Positions 7,954 to 17,554 of a DNA stretch of 64,000 nt are shown piece after piece. The stretch is from sequence record MZ574432.2. The stretch is one strand, 5' to 3'. Numbering within the stretch: the stretch's first letter is position 1; every line of letters begins with the position of its first letter. The notes beneath the pieces are model-generated. The model made no database searches and was not told the origin of the DNA. It was given only the letters and a program-made list of their open reading frames with translations. Position numbers and translations under genes: made by a program.

Positions 7954-8277
7954 GTGGCCGAGGACGTTGTCGAGCAGCGCCTGAGCGAGTGGGGCGCTTA
8001 CGATGCGCGGCGAGGGCGTAGCCCCTCGCAGGATCATCCCGCGTATCGCGAGGCTTATGAGCGCGCCGCGCATCAAGCCTTCGCCAATCTCGACCCGTGC
8101 CCTTTCTGCCGTAAGCCGCTGCACATCATCGGCACGGAAAGCCGGGACCGCACGGTCATTCAGTGCATGACCAATACCTGTCCCGGTGACGTTCGGATCG
8201 CCCTGACTGACCCTGACAAACACAAGCGCTGGGTGCTACTGGCCCACGGCTGGAACAACCAGGACACGGTGGCATGA
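7954..8277 (+). CDS. Zn-ribbon protein, Lar (restriction alleviation)-like
   Basis: LDPCPFCRK...IQCMTNTC pattern. Confidence 0.4.
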   Translation: MAEDVVEQRLSEWGAYDARRGRSPSQDHPAYREAYERAAHQAFANLDPCPFCRKPLHIIGTESRDRTVIQCMTNTCPGDVRIALTDPDKHKRWVLLAHGWNNQDTVA

Positions 8278-8600
8278 TCGACGAGACCGACATCGTCTAC
8301 CGCCTGCGCAAGCGGGCCGAAATCCGGCGCCAGATACCCGGCCGTAAGTCGGTGGAGGAGGGCAAGCCCGATCGCATGGCCGACCTCCTCGACGAGGCGG
8401 CCGAAGAGATCGAGCGTCTGCGGATCGGTGAAGCGACCAACCATCGCAGCCCTGAAGAGATGGCGCAGGACTACAGGCGATGGCTGGACAACGGCGGCAG
8501 CGAAAATCTGGCCCAAGCCATGGGCCGCGCCAAGCAGACGAGCGACGAGTTCGCCCGTTCGACCGCTGTGAGACCAGAGACGCTGCACGAACGCTTCTAG
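8274..8600 (+). CDS. Hypothetical phage protein
   Basis: ADLLDEAAEEIERLR helix; coupled. Confidence 0.7.
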   Translation: MIDETDIVYRLRKRAEIRRQIPGRKSVEEGKPDRMADLLDEAAEEIERLRIGEATNHRSPEEMAQDYRRWLDNGGSENLAQAMGRAKQTSDEFARSTAVRPETLHERF

Positions 8601-8612
8601 GGGAGGCACGAC

Positions 8613-9071
8613 ATGAGCACCGAGGACCTGGGCGGTCCGGCCGTCTATATCGACCAAATGGACCCCAACAACCGCTGGTATGATCCCAAACGGGCGAAAG
8701 ACATCTCGGTGGTGGACCTGGAACGCTGGCCTGTCGACCTGACGCAGTGGCGCGAATGGCACCGCAACAGCGCCTTTGAGCCGGGTCAATACGGCTATCA
8801 GCGCAAGGTCGAGCCGCCGACCTTCTACAACCCCTATCCGATCATCGCCAAGGATGAGAAGCTGGAGCCTGGGGTCGATTGGAAGCATCTTCCGCCGGAC
8901 GCCTTTGACTGGGATCGCTGGGACTGGAAGCGCAAGGCGGCCGGCGAGCGCAGCGAGACGAGGCGTCGCCGCGTCGAGGAGACCCTGTTCAACAAGGTCT
9001 GCTTCTATGCCGCGATGGCCACCTACGTCGTGGCGATCACCGCCGTCCTGATGCTGGTGTTCCGGGCGTAA
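8613..9071 (+). CDS. Hypothetical protein with C-terminal TM anchor
   Basis: GGAGG RBS; hydrophobic C-terminus. Confidence 0.7.
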   Translation: MSTEDLGGPAVYIDQMDPNNRWYDPKRAKDISVVDLERWPVDLTQWREWHRNSAFEPGQYGYQRKVEPPTFYNPYPIIAKDEKLEPGVDWKHLPPDAFDWDRWDWKRKAAGERSETRRRRVEETLFNKVCFYAAMATYVVAITAVLMLVFRA

Positions 9072-9108
9072 GAAAGCTGTTGACACCCTAGGTGGCCTCC
9101 TCTATCAC
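9068..9108 (+). promoter_or_regulatory. Phage promoter
   Basis: GTAAGAAAGCTGTTGACA at 9068-9085. Confidence 0.75.
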
Positions 9109-9140
9109 CGTGACAACACAAGCGACACGAGGAGCCCCAG

Positions 9141-9836
9141 GTGAAGCAAGGATCGCAGGAACGCGACTACCACGAAGCGATCGTCGAACTGAGCGACGTC
9201 AGTATCGTGGAAGGTCTGGAGACCCTGCTGGAGCGGCTGCGCGCCAAGGGCCAGTTCGAGGTCGCCGCCTGGGTCAACGCTGCTGCTTGGCGCATGCGCT
9301 GCCTGCGCACCTCCGACCCCACGCCCGAGGACGATGACGACCAGCCCGTTCTGGCGGCCCTGGAGCACATCAAGGGTCGCGGCGGCCTGCTGGATGACAG
9401 CGAGCCCCTGCCGATCCTGGACAGCTATGTCCACACCCGTCGCAAGACGATGCCCGACACGCTGCGCCCCTGGTACATCGTCATGGTCTATACGACCGAC
9501 GGCCGCGTGATCGGCCCGATCGAGGCCAAGGATGTCGACTGGGCCGATAATGTCGGAGGCTACCGCCTGGGCTGGGCGCGCAAGGCCATCCAGTTCGATG
9601 CGGCCGATCAGGCCCACATCGCCGCCGCCGCCATCGGCCGTGTCGAGGTCGACGTCGACTACTATCTCGACCAGATGATCGACGAGCCGCTATGGCTGTG
9701 GAAGGCCCACGCCTTCGACTACGGCATGGACCCCTGGCAGTTCTTCATGGACCTGCCGGTCGAGCCCGAGGACGTCAAGGAGCGCGGCCTGCGCATCTTC
9801 GTCCAGATCAAGAACATGCCGCACAAGGACAAATGA
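9141..9836 (+). CDS. Hypothetical protein
   Basis: GAGGAG RBS, GTG start. Confidence 0.75.
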   Translation: MKQGSQERDYHEAIVELSDVSIVEGLETLLERLRAKGQFEVAAWVNAAAWRMRCLRTSDPTPEDDDDQPVLAALEHIKGRGGLLDDSEPLPILDSYVHTRRKTMPDTLRPWYIVMVYTTDGRVIGPIEAKDVDWADNVGGYRLGWARKAIQFDAADQAHIAAAAIGRVEVDVDYYLDQMIDEPLWLWKAHAFDYGMDPWQFFMDLPVEPEDVKERGLRIFVQIKNMPHKDK

Positions 9837-9837
9837 G

Positions 9838-10236
9838 ATGAACGACGTGCTCACAGGCGTCCTGATCCTGGGCGGCTCGACCGCTGCTGTGTTCGCCGGC
9901 TGGCGCTGGGCGGGGCGCGCTGTCGCCAAGGACAACAAACGCTTTGCCCTGGACATCGACAATGACGGCCGCGTCAACGTCTACTCCCTGGCGATCTTCA
10001 TCGGCAACATGCGCTCCAAGTTCCTGGTCGATCCCATCCAGCCGGAAACTAGCTGGATCGTCACCGGCTATGAGCCCGAGTACAAGCGCCGTCTGGCGAC
10101 TGCGGCCTCTACGCTGCGCGTGTCGGTCCCGACCGTGAACGCGTTCATCCGCAGCGAGGACGGCGACCTGATGGCTGCCACCTTGCTCCTGGTCGAGAGC
10201 CTCAAGGCCGACGAGCGGCTGGAGCAACTCCGATGA
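9838..10236 (+). CDS. Membrane-anchored hypothetical protein
   Basis: N-terminal TM helix. Confidence 0.7.
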   Translation: MNDVLTGVLILGGSTAAVFAGWRWAGRAVAKDNKRFALDIDNDGRVNVYSLAIFIGNMRSKFLVDPIQPETSWIVTGYEPEYKRRLATAASTLRVSVPTVNAFIRSEDGDLMAATLLLVESLKADERLEQLR

Positions 10237-10466
10237 GCCTTCTTGTCACGGGTTTGGGCATCCTCATCGGAGGAGGCATCTGTGCTTGGTGTGAGTGGCG
10301 CACGCTACGCGAGGAGCGCCAGGACGCTATCAAGCCCCTGGCGCAGATGACGCAAGAGGAGAAGGAGACGCGCATGGTCATGATCCTCAACCGCCTGGGC
10401 GCCATCCGCAAGGAAGAGGGCCTCCTGACCGACGAACTCTTCATGCTGAAGGAGTCGATGTCGTGA
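10233..10466 (+). CDS. Small membrane-anchored protein
   Basis: N-terminal TM; coupled. Confidence 0.65.
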   Translation: MSLLVTGLGILIGGGICAWCEWRTLREERQDAIKPLAQMTQEEKETRMVMILNRLGAIRKEEGLLTDELFMLKESMS

Positions 10467-10885
10467 GCGATCAGATCGCCCGCTGGAGCCCCTGGGACCG
10501 CCCGCGCTTCCACAAGAAGGACCTCGACGCCAAGGTCTACGTCGGGTCGGGTGGTGATGCCTGGAAGGGCCATCACTTCGCCAAGGAGCCTCAGGTCGCC
10601 GCCTGCAAGCCCTATGGCGGTGACTGCCTGGGCGACGGCTGCCGCGCCTGGATGCCGCTGCCCTCGCCGGCCAAGTGCCAGGAAGGCACCTGCGGCCTCT
10701 CGCGCCGGGAGCAGCCTATCCATCTGCGCGAGGCCAAGCGTCGCATTGGTCAGAACATCCACGTCGGCAACGAGGCCGCCCGCCTGGGCTGGGCGCGCTC
10801 GGCGCAGATCGCCTATCAGCGGGCCTGGGCCTACGCGCTCCTGGTCGAGAACATGATCGAGGAACAGGAGAAGCAAGCCGCATGA
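10463..10885 (+). CDS. Cys-rich hypothetical protein
   Basis: GTGA start; five Cys in about 35 aa. Confidence 0.65.
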   Translation: MSDQIARWSPWDRPRFHKKDLDAKVYVGSGGDAWKGHHFAKEPQVAACKPYGGDCLGDGCRAWMPLPSPAKCQEGTCGLSRREQPIHLREAKRRIGQNIHVGNEAARLGWARSAQIAYQRAWAYALLVENMIEEQEKQAA

Positions 10886-11088
10886 CCGCCGAACAGCAAA
10901 TCGCCGAGGCCGGCAAGCGCTACCTCTACTTCAAGAACTGGAAGACCCAGGAGATCGCGCCCAATCCGATCGACGTCACCCATCGATCCGATCGCGAGAT
11001 CGAGAAGATCAAGGGTGGCATGGGCATCAACATCGGTCAGGACTGGTTCATCGGCGACACCTTCTACGATCGCGAGGGCAAGTCGTGA
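10882..11088 (+). CDS. Hypothetical protein
   Basis: Coupled ORF. Confidence 0.65.
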   Translation: MTAEQQIAEAGKRYLYFKNWKTQEIAPNPIDVTHRSDREIEKIKGGMGINIGQDWFIGDTFYDREGKS

Positions 11089-11399
11089 CGCGGCTGACGC
11101 AGGCGCAGCGCCGTATCGTCGCCCAGGCGCTCGATCATGCGCTGAACCTTGTTGAGCCCCACCATTCGTGGAATGGACTGCGCCGCGCCAACTGGCACAC
11201 GACGATGAGCCGGCTCGTCGCCGAGGACGTGTTCAAGCCCTATGCCCACGGCGGTTACGAACTGACCGAAAAGGGCAAGGCTTTCGGCCGTCCGCCGATC
11301 ATTCCGCTGGATCATGCGGAGGTCGAGCGCATGGGCAAGGCCATGCAAAAATCCATGGCCGAACCCTTCGTCATCCCGAGAAAGTCCTATCTGCGGTGA
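11085..11399 (+). CDS. Hypothetical protein, possible winged helix
   Basis: TMSRLVAEDVFKPYAHGGYELTEKG wing-like motif. Confidence 0.55.
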   Translation: MTRLTQAQRRIVAQALDHALNLVEPHHSWNGLRRANWHTTMSRLVAEDVFKPYAHGGYELTEKGKAFGRPPIIPLDHAEVERMGKAMQKSMAEPFVIPRKSYLR

Positions 11400-11581
11400 C
11401 CTCCGACCAACGTCGCCTTCTCAAGTACAGGCGCAAGAAAGCGGTTGCCTTTCGCTCTGGCAACGCTAAGCTGAGCAAATACCTGACCCTCTACTGGCGC
11501 TACCACTGGAAGGTCTACGGTCCACCCATCCATCTCTGGGGAACGCCCGTCGCGGCGCCCCAAAAAGGAACCAAGCGATGA
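11396..11581 (+). CDS. Basic hypothetical protein
   Basis: Coupled at both ends. Confidence 0.5.
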   Translation: MTSDQRRLLKYRRKKAVAFRSGNAKLSKYLTLYWRYHWKVYGPPIHLWGTPVAAPQKGTKR

Positions 11582-11832
11582 CCCCGGCGATGGCCAGCCT
11601 GCTCAAGCGACTGATCGAGGCCGATCGCCGCTACCATTCGCGCATCAAGGCCGGCGAGTTCGTGTCTTGGGACGAGCGCGGGGTGGAGATTGGCTGGATC
11701 AACGGGGTCAACCCGCGCACCGCCGACGCCCTGGCGGACCTGGGCCTGTGCGAAACGATGACGGTCAACGTCCAGGGCCACTGCCACGCCTTCCTGGGCA
11801 AGTACAACCCCTATGACAAGGTCGACGCCTGA
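11578..11832 (+). CDS. Hypothetical protein
   Basis: Coupled ORF. Confidence 0.65.
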   Translation: MTPAMASLLKRLIEADRRYHSRIKAGEFVSWDERGVEIGWINGVNPRTADALADLGLCETMTVNVQGHCHAFLGKYNPYDKVDA

Positions 11833-12122
11833 TGCAGGAAACAGCCCGCGAGAAGCACGTCCGCGAGACCGAGGAACTGGTCGTCCAGGTCATGGCTCTG
11901 CGCCAGCTATGCGAGGACCCCAAGGTCAGCATCGAGGACCTGCGCGACGACATCAAGTTCCTCTGCCACAAGGTCACCTTCGCTCTGCTGAAGGCGCCGC
12001 TGCCGGCTTACACCCTGGAGGACAGCGGCGACATCTTCGGCATCCTCAACAAGCTGCTCGAAAACGAGAACAACGCCGCGCTCAATCGCTCGCCGATCGT
12101 GCGCATGGCGCGCGGCTCCTGA
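11832..12122 (+). CDS. Hypothetical protein
   Basis: TGATG-coupled ORF. Confidence 0.7.
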   Translation: MQETAREKHVRETEELVVQVMALRQLCEDPKVSIEDLRDDIKFLCHKVTFALLKAPLPAYTLEDSGDIFGILNKLLENENNAALNRSPIVRMARGS

Positions 12123-12514
12123 TGGCCGGCCCGCATCTCTATCGGCTGGCGATCGCCACGGCCCTGCACGAGAAGTTCGGCGAGGCTCCCGAGGAGGTCA
12201 TGGACCTCATCATGGAGACGATCACGCCGATGCTGGCCAAGGACGACGAGGCCATCGCCGGCATGATCGAGCAGATGAAGGAGTTGGCGCGAGGGCGCGA
12301 GCACCTGCATAGCTACGAGGCCAGGGCCTTCAAGGTCCTTCTCGATCTCTATCACGACAAGCCGGGCAGTCGGGAGGCGGTCGAAGCGTTCCTGGAATAC
12401 GAGTACCCCGCCGACTGGCGCAAGGTCGCCCACACCCGCAACTGGAAGCAGCCCGAGTGCCTGACCGAAGGGGTCCTCGGTCGCTGGCGCCGACACTGGC
12501 CCGTAGAGCCATAA
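12122..12514 (+). CDS. Hypothetical protein
   Basis: TGATG start within track ORF 11813..12514. Confidence 0.7.
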   Translation: MAGPHLYRLAIATALHEKFGEAPEEVMDLIMETITPMLAKDDEAIAGMIEQMKELARGREHLHSYEARAFKVLLDLYHDKPGSREAVEAFLEYEYPADWRKVAHTRNWKQPECLTEGVLGRWRRHWPVEP

Positions 12515-12522
12515 GGATTTTC

Positions 12523-12807
12523 ATGAACGTCTTCAAGAACGGCGGCTCCTACGAGCGCCACACCCGCTACGCCCTGGTTCTCCTGGCGTTGATCGTCTTC
12601 AGCCTGATCATCGTGCTGGCGCTCAATCCGCCCGGCGCGCGCCTGCCGATGGCGGCCGAACCACCGAAGGTCCGCAGCAGCAGCATCGACGGTGATGGCC
12701 GCAAGCACCTGATCCAGGACCCGCGCTCGGGCTGCGTCTGGCTCTCGACCCAAGAGAGCGTCTACAAGCTGCGCGGCGGCGCCGAGTGCGAGGTTCGACG
12801 CCCGTGA
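12523..12807 (+). CDS. Membrane-anchored small protein
   Basis: AAGGA RBS; TM helix; CxW...C. Confidence 0.65.
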   Translation: MNVFKNGGSYERHTRYALVLLALIVFSLIIVLALNPPGARLPMAAEPPKVRSSSIDGDGRKHLIQDPRSGCVWLSTQESVYKLRGGAECEVRRP

Positions 12808-13607
12808 GCAAGACCCCTGTCTCCTGGCTGCTTCAAACGCACGCCTTCAACGCCCTGGACATGGGGCGCATGCTGGTCCACGCCGCCAACCGGGGCTGGA
12901 CCGTCCACACCCTCCAGGTGATCCCGTTCATCCACCAGCCGATCGGGACCGTCCCGCGCATCAACGGGCCGGTGGCGATCTACGGCCTGGGCGCGGCCAA
13001 GGCCTCGCGCTTCTACGGCTGGGGACCGGGCGTCTGGGACGACTATGACGCCTTCAGCTACAAGACCTTCCTGCCCGTGATCCCCGACCTGATGCTCAAC
13101 TCGGACGCTCTGGTCGTGAAGCTCTCGGAAGTCTCTGACGTCGTTCACAATACCGATGGGCCGTTCTTCCTCAAGCCGGCCGGCGAGAACAAGGAGTTCC
13201 CCGCCGGCCTGACGACGCGGGACAAGTTCGAGGCCTGGATGGAGAAGCTCACCGAGATCGACTACCTGATCGAGGACGACGCAAAGAACGACATCGACGT
13301 CGTCGTCGCCTTGCCCAAGGACATCGTCAAGGAATGGCGCGTGACCGTGGTCGATGGCGCGATCGTCTCCTCGACCCTCTACGTGCCCAAGGCCCGGCGG
13401 GAACTGCCCGAAGCGGTCGAGGCCGTGGTTCGCGAAGCCATCTCGCGCTACGAGCCCGCGCCGGTCTATGTGATCGACGTTGCCCAAACCGTCGAGGGCG
13501 ATCACCTGATCGTCGAGTACAATAGCTGGAACTCCGCCGGCTTCTATGACGGCGACATCGAGGCCATGATGGACGCCATCACCGCCTACATCGAAAGGAC
13601 CGTCTGA
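12804..13607 (+). CDS. ATP-grasp domain protein (DUF4343/R2K-like)
   Basis: FFLKP, KEWRVTVVDG, YVIDV, IVEYNSWNSAGFY motifs. Confidence 0.8.
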   Translation: MSKTPVSWLLQTHAFNALDMGRMLVHAANRGWTVHTLQVIPFIHQPIGTVPRINGPVAIYGLGAAKASRFYGWGPGVWDDYDAFSYKTFLPVIPDLMLNSDALVVKLSEVSDVVHNTDGPFFLKPAGENKEFPAGLTTRDKFEAWMEKLTEIDYLIEDDAKNDIDVVVALPKDIVKEWRVTVVDGAIVSSTLYVPKARRELPEAVEAVVREAISRYEPAPVYVIDVAQTVEGDHLIVEYNSWNSAGFYDGDIEAMMDAITAYIERTV

Positions 13608-14224
13608 TGTCGCGCTACGCCTCGCGGCCCTGGCAGAAGGGCGATCCCGTGCCCAAGGCCGGCGACGTCGTTCTCATCTCGGGCGTCCATGGCGACATCA
13701 CCAGCGACCAGGATCGCGGCTACCGCGAGCGCACGGTGCTGACCGTCACCGATGACGAGGAGTTCATCGTGCTGCAAACTCCGGGCTGCTGGCCTACCGT
13801 CGAGCGCCTGGAGAACTGCTGGTTCGCCGATCGGCGCTGGCCGGTGGTTGAGCGCCTGTGCGAGCTTTTCGACAATGCGCCGAGTGGCTCGCCGGCGCTG
13901 GACGTGGAGGTCTGGGGCCTGTGCTGCGCCAAGCCGATGTCGCCGGCGCCGCACAAGGCTGGCGTCAAGCCGCCCGCCTTCACCACCGACATCAACGCCG
14001 CCTTCTGGCTCCTCTGCTACCTCTTCCCCGGCCATGACGCCGGCAGCGTCCGCAGCGAGATCACCCGCGAGGCGCTGGAGGAGGCCGAGAACGCCTTCTA
14101 CACCTCCAAGGAGGACGTCGAGCCGTTCGCCGAGCCCTTCACCCGACGGTTCGCCATGGAGATCGCCCAGGCTTGCGTGCGCAGCCTGATCGAGCGTGCC
14201 GACTATCTGCGAGATCGCCCGTGA
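13607..14224 (+). CDS. Hypothetical protein
   Basis: TGATG-coupled; PPAFTTDINAA motif. Confidence 0.7.
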   Translation: MSRYASRPWQKGDPVPKAGDVVLISGVHGDITSDQDRGYRERTVLTVTDDEEFIVLQTPGCWPTVERLENCWFADRRWPVVERLCELFDNAPSGSPALDVEVWGLCCAKPMSPAPHKAGVKPPAFTTDINAAFWLLCYLFPGHDAGSVRSEITREALEEAENAFYTSKEDVEPFAEPFTRRFAMEIAQACVRSLIERADYLRDRP

Positions 14225-14676
14225 CCGAACAAGACCTCATTGACCTGATCTTCGACCTGGAGAACGAGCTAGGCGATGATTCCCGCCTCAACGCTCTCTT
14301 CTCCGTGATGCTCTCGGATTTTGGTTATCGCGATAAGTGGTGCGCCGACATCCGCGTCTCTTCGACCAATCCTGGCAAGATCGTCTCGACCTATCCCCAC
14401 GAGGGCCGCAAGACGACGTATGGCACGTCCTGGCCGGCGGAATGGACGCGTCGCCCCGACTACACCATGCAGGCGTTCAAGGCCCTCTATCCTGACGCGG
14501 TGATGACCATCACCTTCGATCCGAATGGTCATGATCCCGATCACCCTGATGCCGTCTACTGCGCCACGGCGCACGTCGGCGAGACCTATACCTCCCTGGC
14601 CAAGACCATCGGCAAAGCCGTGTGCGCCGTCCTGGCTGAGACGCTGCACGGGCACGGGCCGTGGACGAAAGCATGA
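14221..14676 (+). CDS. Hypothetical protein
   Basis: GTGA-coupled. Confidence 0.65.
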   Translation: MTEQDLIDLIFDLENELGDDSRLNALFSVMLSDFGYRDKWCADIRVSSTNPGKIVSTYPHEGRKTTYGTSWPAEWTRRPDYTMQAFKALYPDAVMTITFDPNGHDPDHPDAVYCATAHVGETYTSLAKTIGKAVCAVLAETLHGHGPWTKA

Positions 14677-15053
14677 CCCAAGGTCCCTGGCGCTGCTTCC
14701 ACTGCGACTTCCTGGCCACGACCACCCAGGAGGCGATCGACCACTTCGGCTATGACGAGTCCGAAAAGCCCGCCTGCCTCCAGGTCCTGACCGAGACCGA
14801 GAAGGCCATCGTCGAGGACCGGCGGATGTGGCGCGGTCGTGCGCTGGAGCTTGAGGATCACCTGGAGCAGGCGCACCACGAACTGGGCATGGCCCGCTAC
14901 GACATCCACCATCACTTCAAGGTCCACACCCTGTCGGAGGCCGGCCACGCCTACGACAACCTCAAGGGCGAGGTCCTGGCGCTCAAGGAGCGCGTCAACT
15001 GGGTCCCCAAATGGGTCCGCCGTATCTTCACGCCCAAGGGGTACTATCCGTGA
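14673..15053 (+). CDS. Zn-finger / coiled-coil hypothetical protein
   Basis: WRCFHC...HF...C then coiled coil. Confidence 0.65.
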   Translation: MTQGPWRCFHCDFLATTTQEAIDHFGYDESEKPACLQVLTETEKAIVEDRRMWRGRALELEDHLEQAHHELGMARYDIHHHFKVHTLSEAGHAYDNLKGEVLALKERVNWVPKWVRRIFTPKGYYP

Positions 15054-15724
15054 CCGAACTCGTCTTCGACAACCAGCACCCCGACGACGAGTTCTTCTTC
15101 GCTACCGCTGTCGATGAAGGGATCGGCAAGTGGCAGGTGTCCCACGACATGTTCTACGGCTACGAGGTTGGCTTCCAGCGCCTGCCCGAGGACAGGGAGA
15201 AGGCCGAAGCCGACTACGCCGCCTACTATGACGAACACGTCAAGGGCAACGACAAGCGCCCCAAAAAGGTCACCGCCCGCTGGTTCGAGCTAGCCTCCTG
15301 GGTGCGCAGCCAGTCGTTCCTGCGCGCCAATGCCGACTTCACCTTCGAGTTGATCGACTTCCTGCGCAGCCTCGACCTGGAGGGTGACTGCGCCGAGACC
15401 CTCTCCACGCGCATGAAGGCGCAAAAGCCGTCGATCTGGCCCGGCGCGCCGGAGGGGTGGGCGCAGTTCACCCAGGAGTTCAAGTACACCGCGCCGGGTA
15501 AGCGCCACTTGTCGGTGATCCTCAACGATGGCCTGATCCGGGTCTACTATACCGAGCCCTTCAAACATCAGCGCCAGATCATGCGCCTCCAGACCGAGTC
15601 CGACGCCTTCCGCACTCACTTCCATCCGCGCATGAACGTCAGGCTCGCGGCCTGCCGGTTCATCGTCAAAATGATCATCCCGGCCATGGACAACGGCCAC
15701 GTCTTCAGCAAGTCCAAGCTCTAG
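15050..15724 (+). CDS. Hypothetical protein
   Basis: GTGA-coupled, GC3-rich. Confidence 0.7.
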   Translation: MTELVFDNQHPDDEFFFATAVDEGIGKWQVSHDMFYGYEVGFQRLPEDREKAEADYAAYYDEHVKGNDKRPKKVTARWFELASWVRSQSFLRANADFTFELIDFLRSLDLEGDCAETLSTRMKAQKPSIWPGAPEGWAQFTQEFKYTAPGKRHLSVILNDGLIRVYYTEPFKHQRQIMRLQTESDAFRTHFHPRMNVRLAACRFIVKMIIPAMDNGHVFSKSKL

Positions 15725-15736
15725 CTTCATGACGCG

Positions 15737-15766
15737 GTTGACGGCGCCGTGCCATCCTGCGATGAA
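15737..15766 (+). promoter_or_regulatory. Promoter of nadE-like operon
   Basis: TTGACG-N15-GCGATGAA. Confidence 0.55.
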
Positions 15767-15792
15767 TGGCGTCAACTTCCACGAGGGACCCA

Positions 15793-16536
15793 ATGAGCGA
15801 CACGTTCAAGAAGTATGACGGCGTCGTCGATCGTCTGAGCAAGAAGATCGGCTATTCCCAGTCCCGCGTGCCGGGGTTCATCATCGGCCTGTCGGGCACC
15901 GACTCGATCGTGGCGTTCGACGCCCTCTATAGCGCCATGCAGAACCACTGGCGCGAGGAACGCATGCTGGGCATCCACTATGTGGATCGCGTCGACAAGT
16001 CCCACGGCAGTTTCGACACCATCGCCATTCCCTGGATGCGCGAGAAGTACCCCAAGGCCACGTTCCTGGTCGCCGAACCGCTCGGTGGCAATCACGATCA
16101 GCAGCGCTGGGCTGACCTCCACTCCCGCGCTCTGCACACCCTCCATGCTGGCGGCGGTCGTTCGCCGCTGCCGCCCGAGGAGACCTACTGGATCGCCGGC
16201 GCCATGAACGCCACCGAGGCGGCCCTGGGCAAGTACACCATCCTGGCCAACGCCGTCTCGATCCAGCCGATCCGCTCGCTGTGGAAGGCCGAGGTCCTGG
16301 AGATCAGTGAGAAGCTGGGCGTGCCGGCCAAGATCATCGCCAACTCCCGCATCCCCGACTGCCTTTGCGGCCGGGACGATCTGGCCGCCGAGAACATCGA
16401 GTTGATCGACGACATCCTGCGCGCCCGATACGACCCGACCCAGCACGACGTGGTCCTGCTCAAGAAGCTGCTGGAGTACGTGCGCATCAACCAGGAAGAC
16501 AACGGCTTCCGCACCCGCATCCCGTACCGAGTCTGA
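15793..16536 (+). CDS. nadE: NH3-dependent NAD+ synthetase-like (PP-loop) protein
   Basis: FIIGLSGTDS, AGAMNATE...GKYT, IQPIRSLWKAEV...LGVPAKII follow NadE motif order; P-loop degenerate. Confidence 0.65.
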   Translation: MSDTFKKYDGVVDRLSKKIGYSQSRVPGFIIGLSGTDSIVAFDALYSAMQNHWREERMLGIHYVDRVDKSHGSFDTIAIPWMREKYPKATFLVAEPLGGNHDQQRWADLHSRALHTLHAGGGRSPLPPEETYWIAGAMNATEAALGKYTILANAVSIQPIRSLWKAEVLEISEKLGVPAKIIANSRIPDCLCGRDDLAAENIELIDDILRARYDPTQHDVVLLKKLLEYVRINQEDNGFRTRIPYRV

Positions 16537-16537
16537 C

Positions 16538-16861
16538 ATGCTCACCCAATTTGACTTCGAGACCCAAGGTCTCGGTTGGCCAACCACACCGCGTAAGACG
16601 TTGACCATGAATGTGGTGGGCGCCGACAAGACCCTGCGCACACTGCAACTGGCCGGCAAGGGCCTGGAAAAGTTCCAGTCCTTTGTGAAGCTGATCAAGC
16701 TCGAAAAGGAACGATCGCGCCGTCAGTTCGAGGCCCGGCGCAGCCGCGCCTACGTTAGCCGGGGGCATCGAGACATTGGGGCTCGTGGCCCGCTGCGCCG
16801 CGTGGCGCGTCTGACCCGGCAGGCCCACCAACTGCGCCGTAGGTTCCAGGCCCGTGCCTGA
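16538..16861 (+). CDS. Basic hypothetical protein
   Basis: In operon; Arg-rich C-terminus. Confidence 0.55.
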   Translation: MLTQFDFETQGLGWPTTPRKTLTMNVVGADKTLRTLQLAGKGLEKFQSFVKLIKLEKERSRRQFEARRSRAYVSRGHRDIGARGPLRRVARLTRQAHQLRRRFQARA

Positions 16862-17126
16862 TCATCGTTTCAACGTCCTGACGCCGATCGTCTTGAAAGT
16901 CCGCGAGAAGACCGACCTCAAGCCCGTACGCAAGTCCGATTGGTTCAAAGTCTTCGAGAGCGTCGAACGGATGAAGAACGGCCCACCACTGAAGGGCGAC
17001 AACGCCGAGGCGGTCGATCTGATGATCGAATTCCTGCTGGAGCATCTGCCCACCTCTGACGTGGGCGGCAAACAACTGAGGGCTGACGCGTGGCGCCGGC
17101 TCCGCTACCTGGAGAGTGTGCTTTGA
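16854..17126 (+). CDS. Hypothetical protein
   Basis: Overlapping coupled ORF. Confidence 0.6.
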   Translation: MPDHRFNVLTPIVLKVREKTDLKPVRKSDWFKVFESVERMKNGPPLKGDNAEAVDLMIEFLLEHLPTSDVGGKQLRADAWRRLRYLESVL

Positions 17127-17554
17127 GCATCACCGCCATCATCAACAAGACCGCCATCCGCTCGGCGGTCACCAGCATCGAGATCGTCGCCAAGCGCGCC
17201 ACCAATGTCGATGAGATCGTCGACAAGATCATGACCGAGATCAGGGTCGCCGAGGAGGCCGCCGCCACCGCTGCTGACTTTGGTCTGCCTGTCCAGGTCA
17301 TGGCTGCGTTCGCCGACGCTGGCCTACCGATCACCGAGGTCGAGAAAAACACGACCTACGAGAACCGCTGGGAGGTCAACGTCCGCGCCGGCAAGAGCGA
17401 GCCGCTCATCTATCTTGCCCGCTCGGTCGACGGACGCTGGTTCATCAATGAGCACGGCAGCATCGGCGCCACGGCGCTGCACTATCTGATCGAACGGCTC
17501 AATGCCGTACCGCCCGACATCGAACTGCCGTCATCCAGGAGGGCTCGGTTTTGA
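17123..17554 (+). CDS. Hypothetical protein
   Basis: TTGA-coupled. Confidence 0.65.
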   Translation: MSITAIINKTAIRSAVTSIEIVAKRATNVDEIVDKIMTEIRVAEEAAATAADFGLPVQVMAAFADAGLPITEVEKNTTYENRWEVNVRAGKSEPLIYLARSVDGRWFINEHGSIGATALHYLIERLNAVPPDIELPSSRRARF

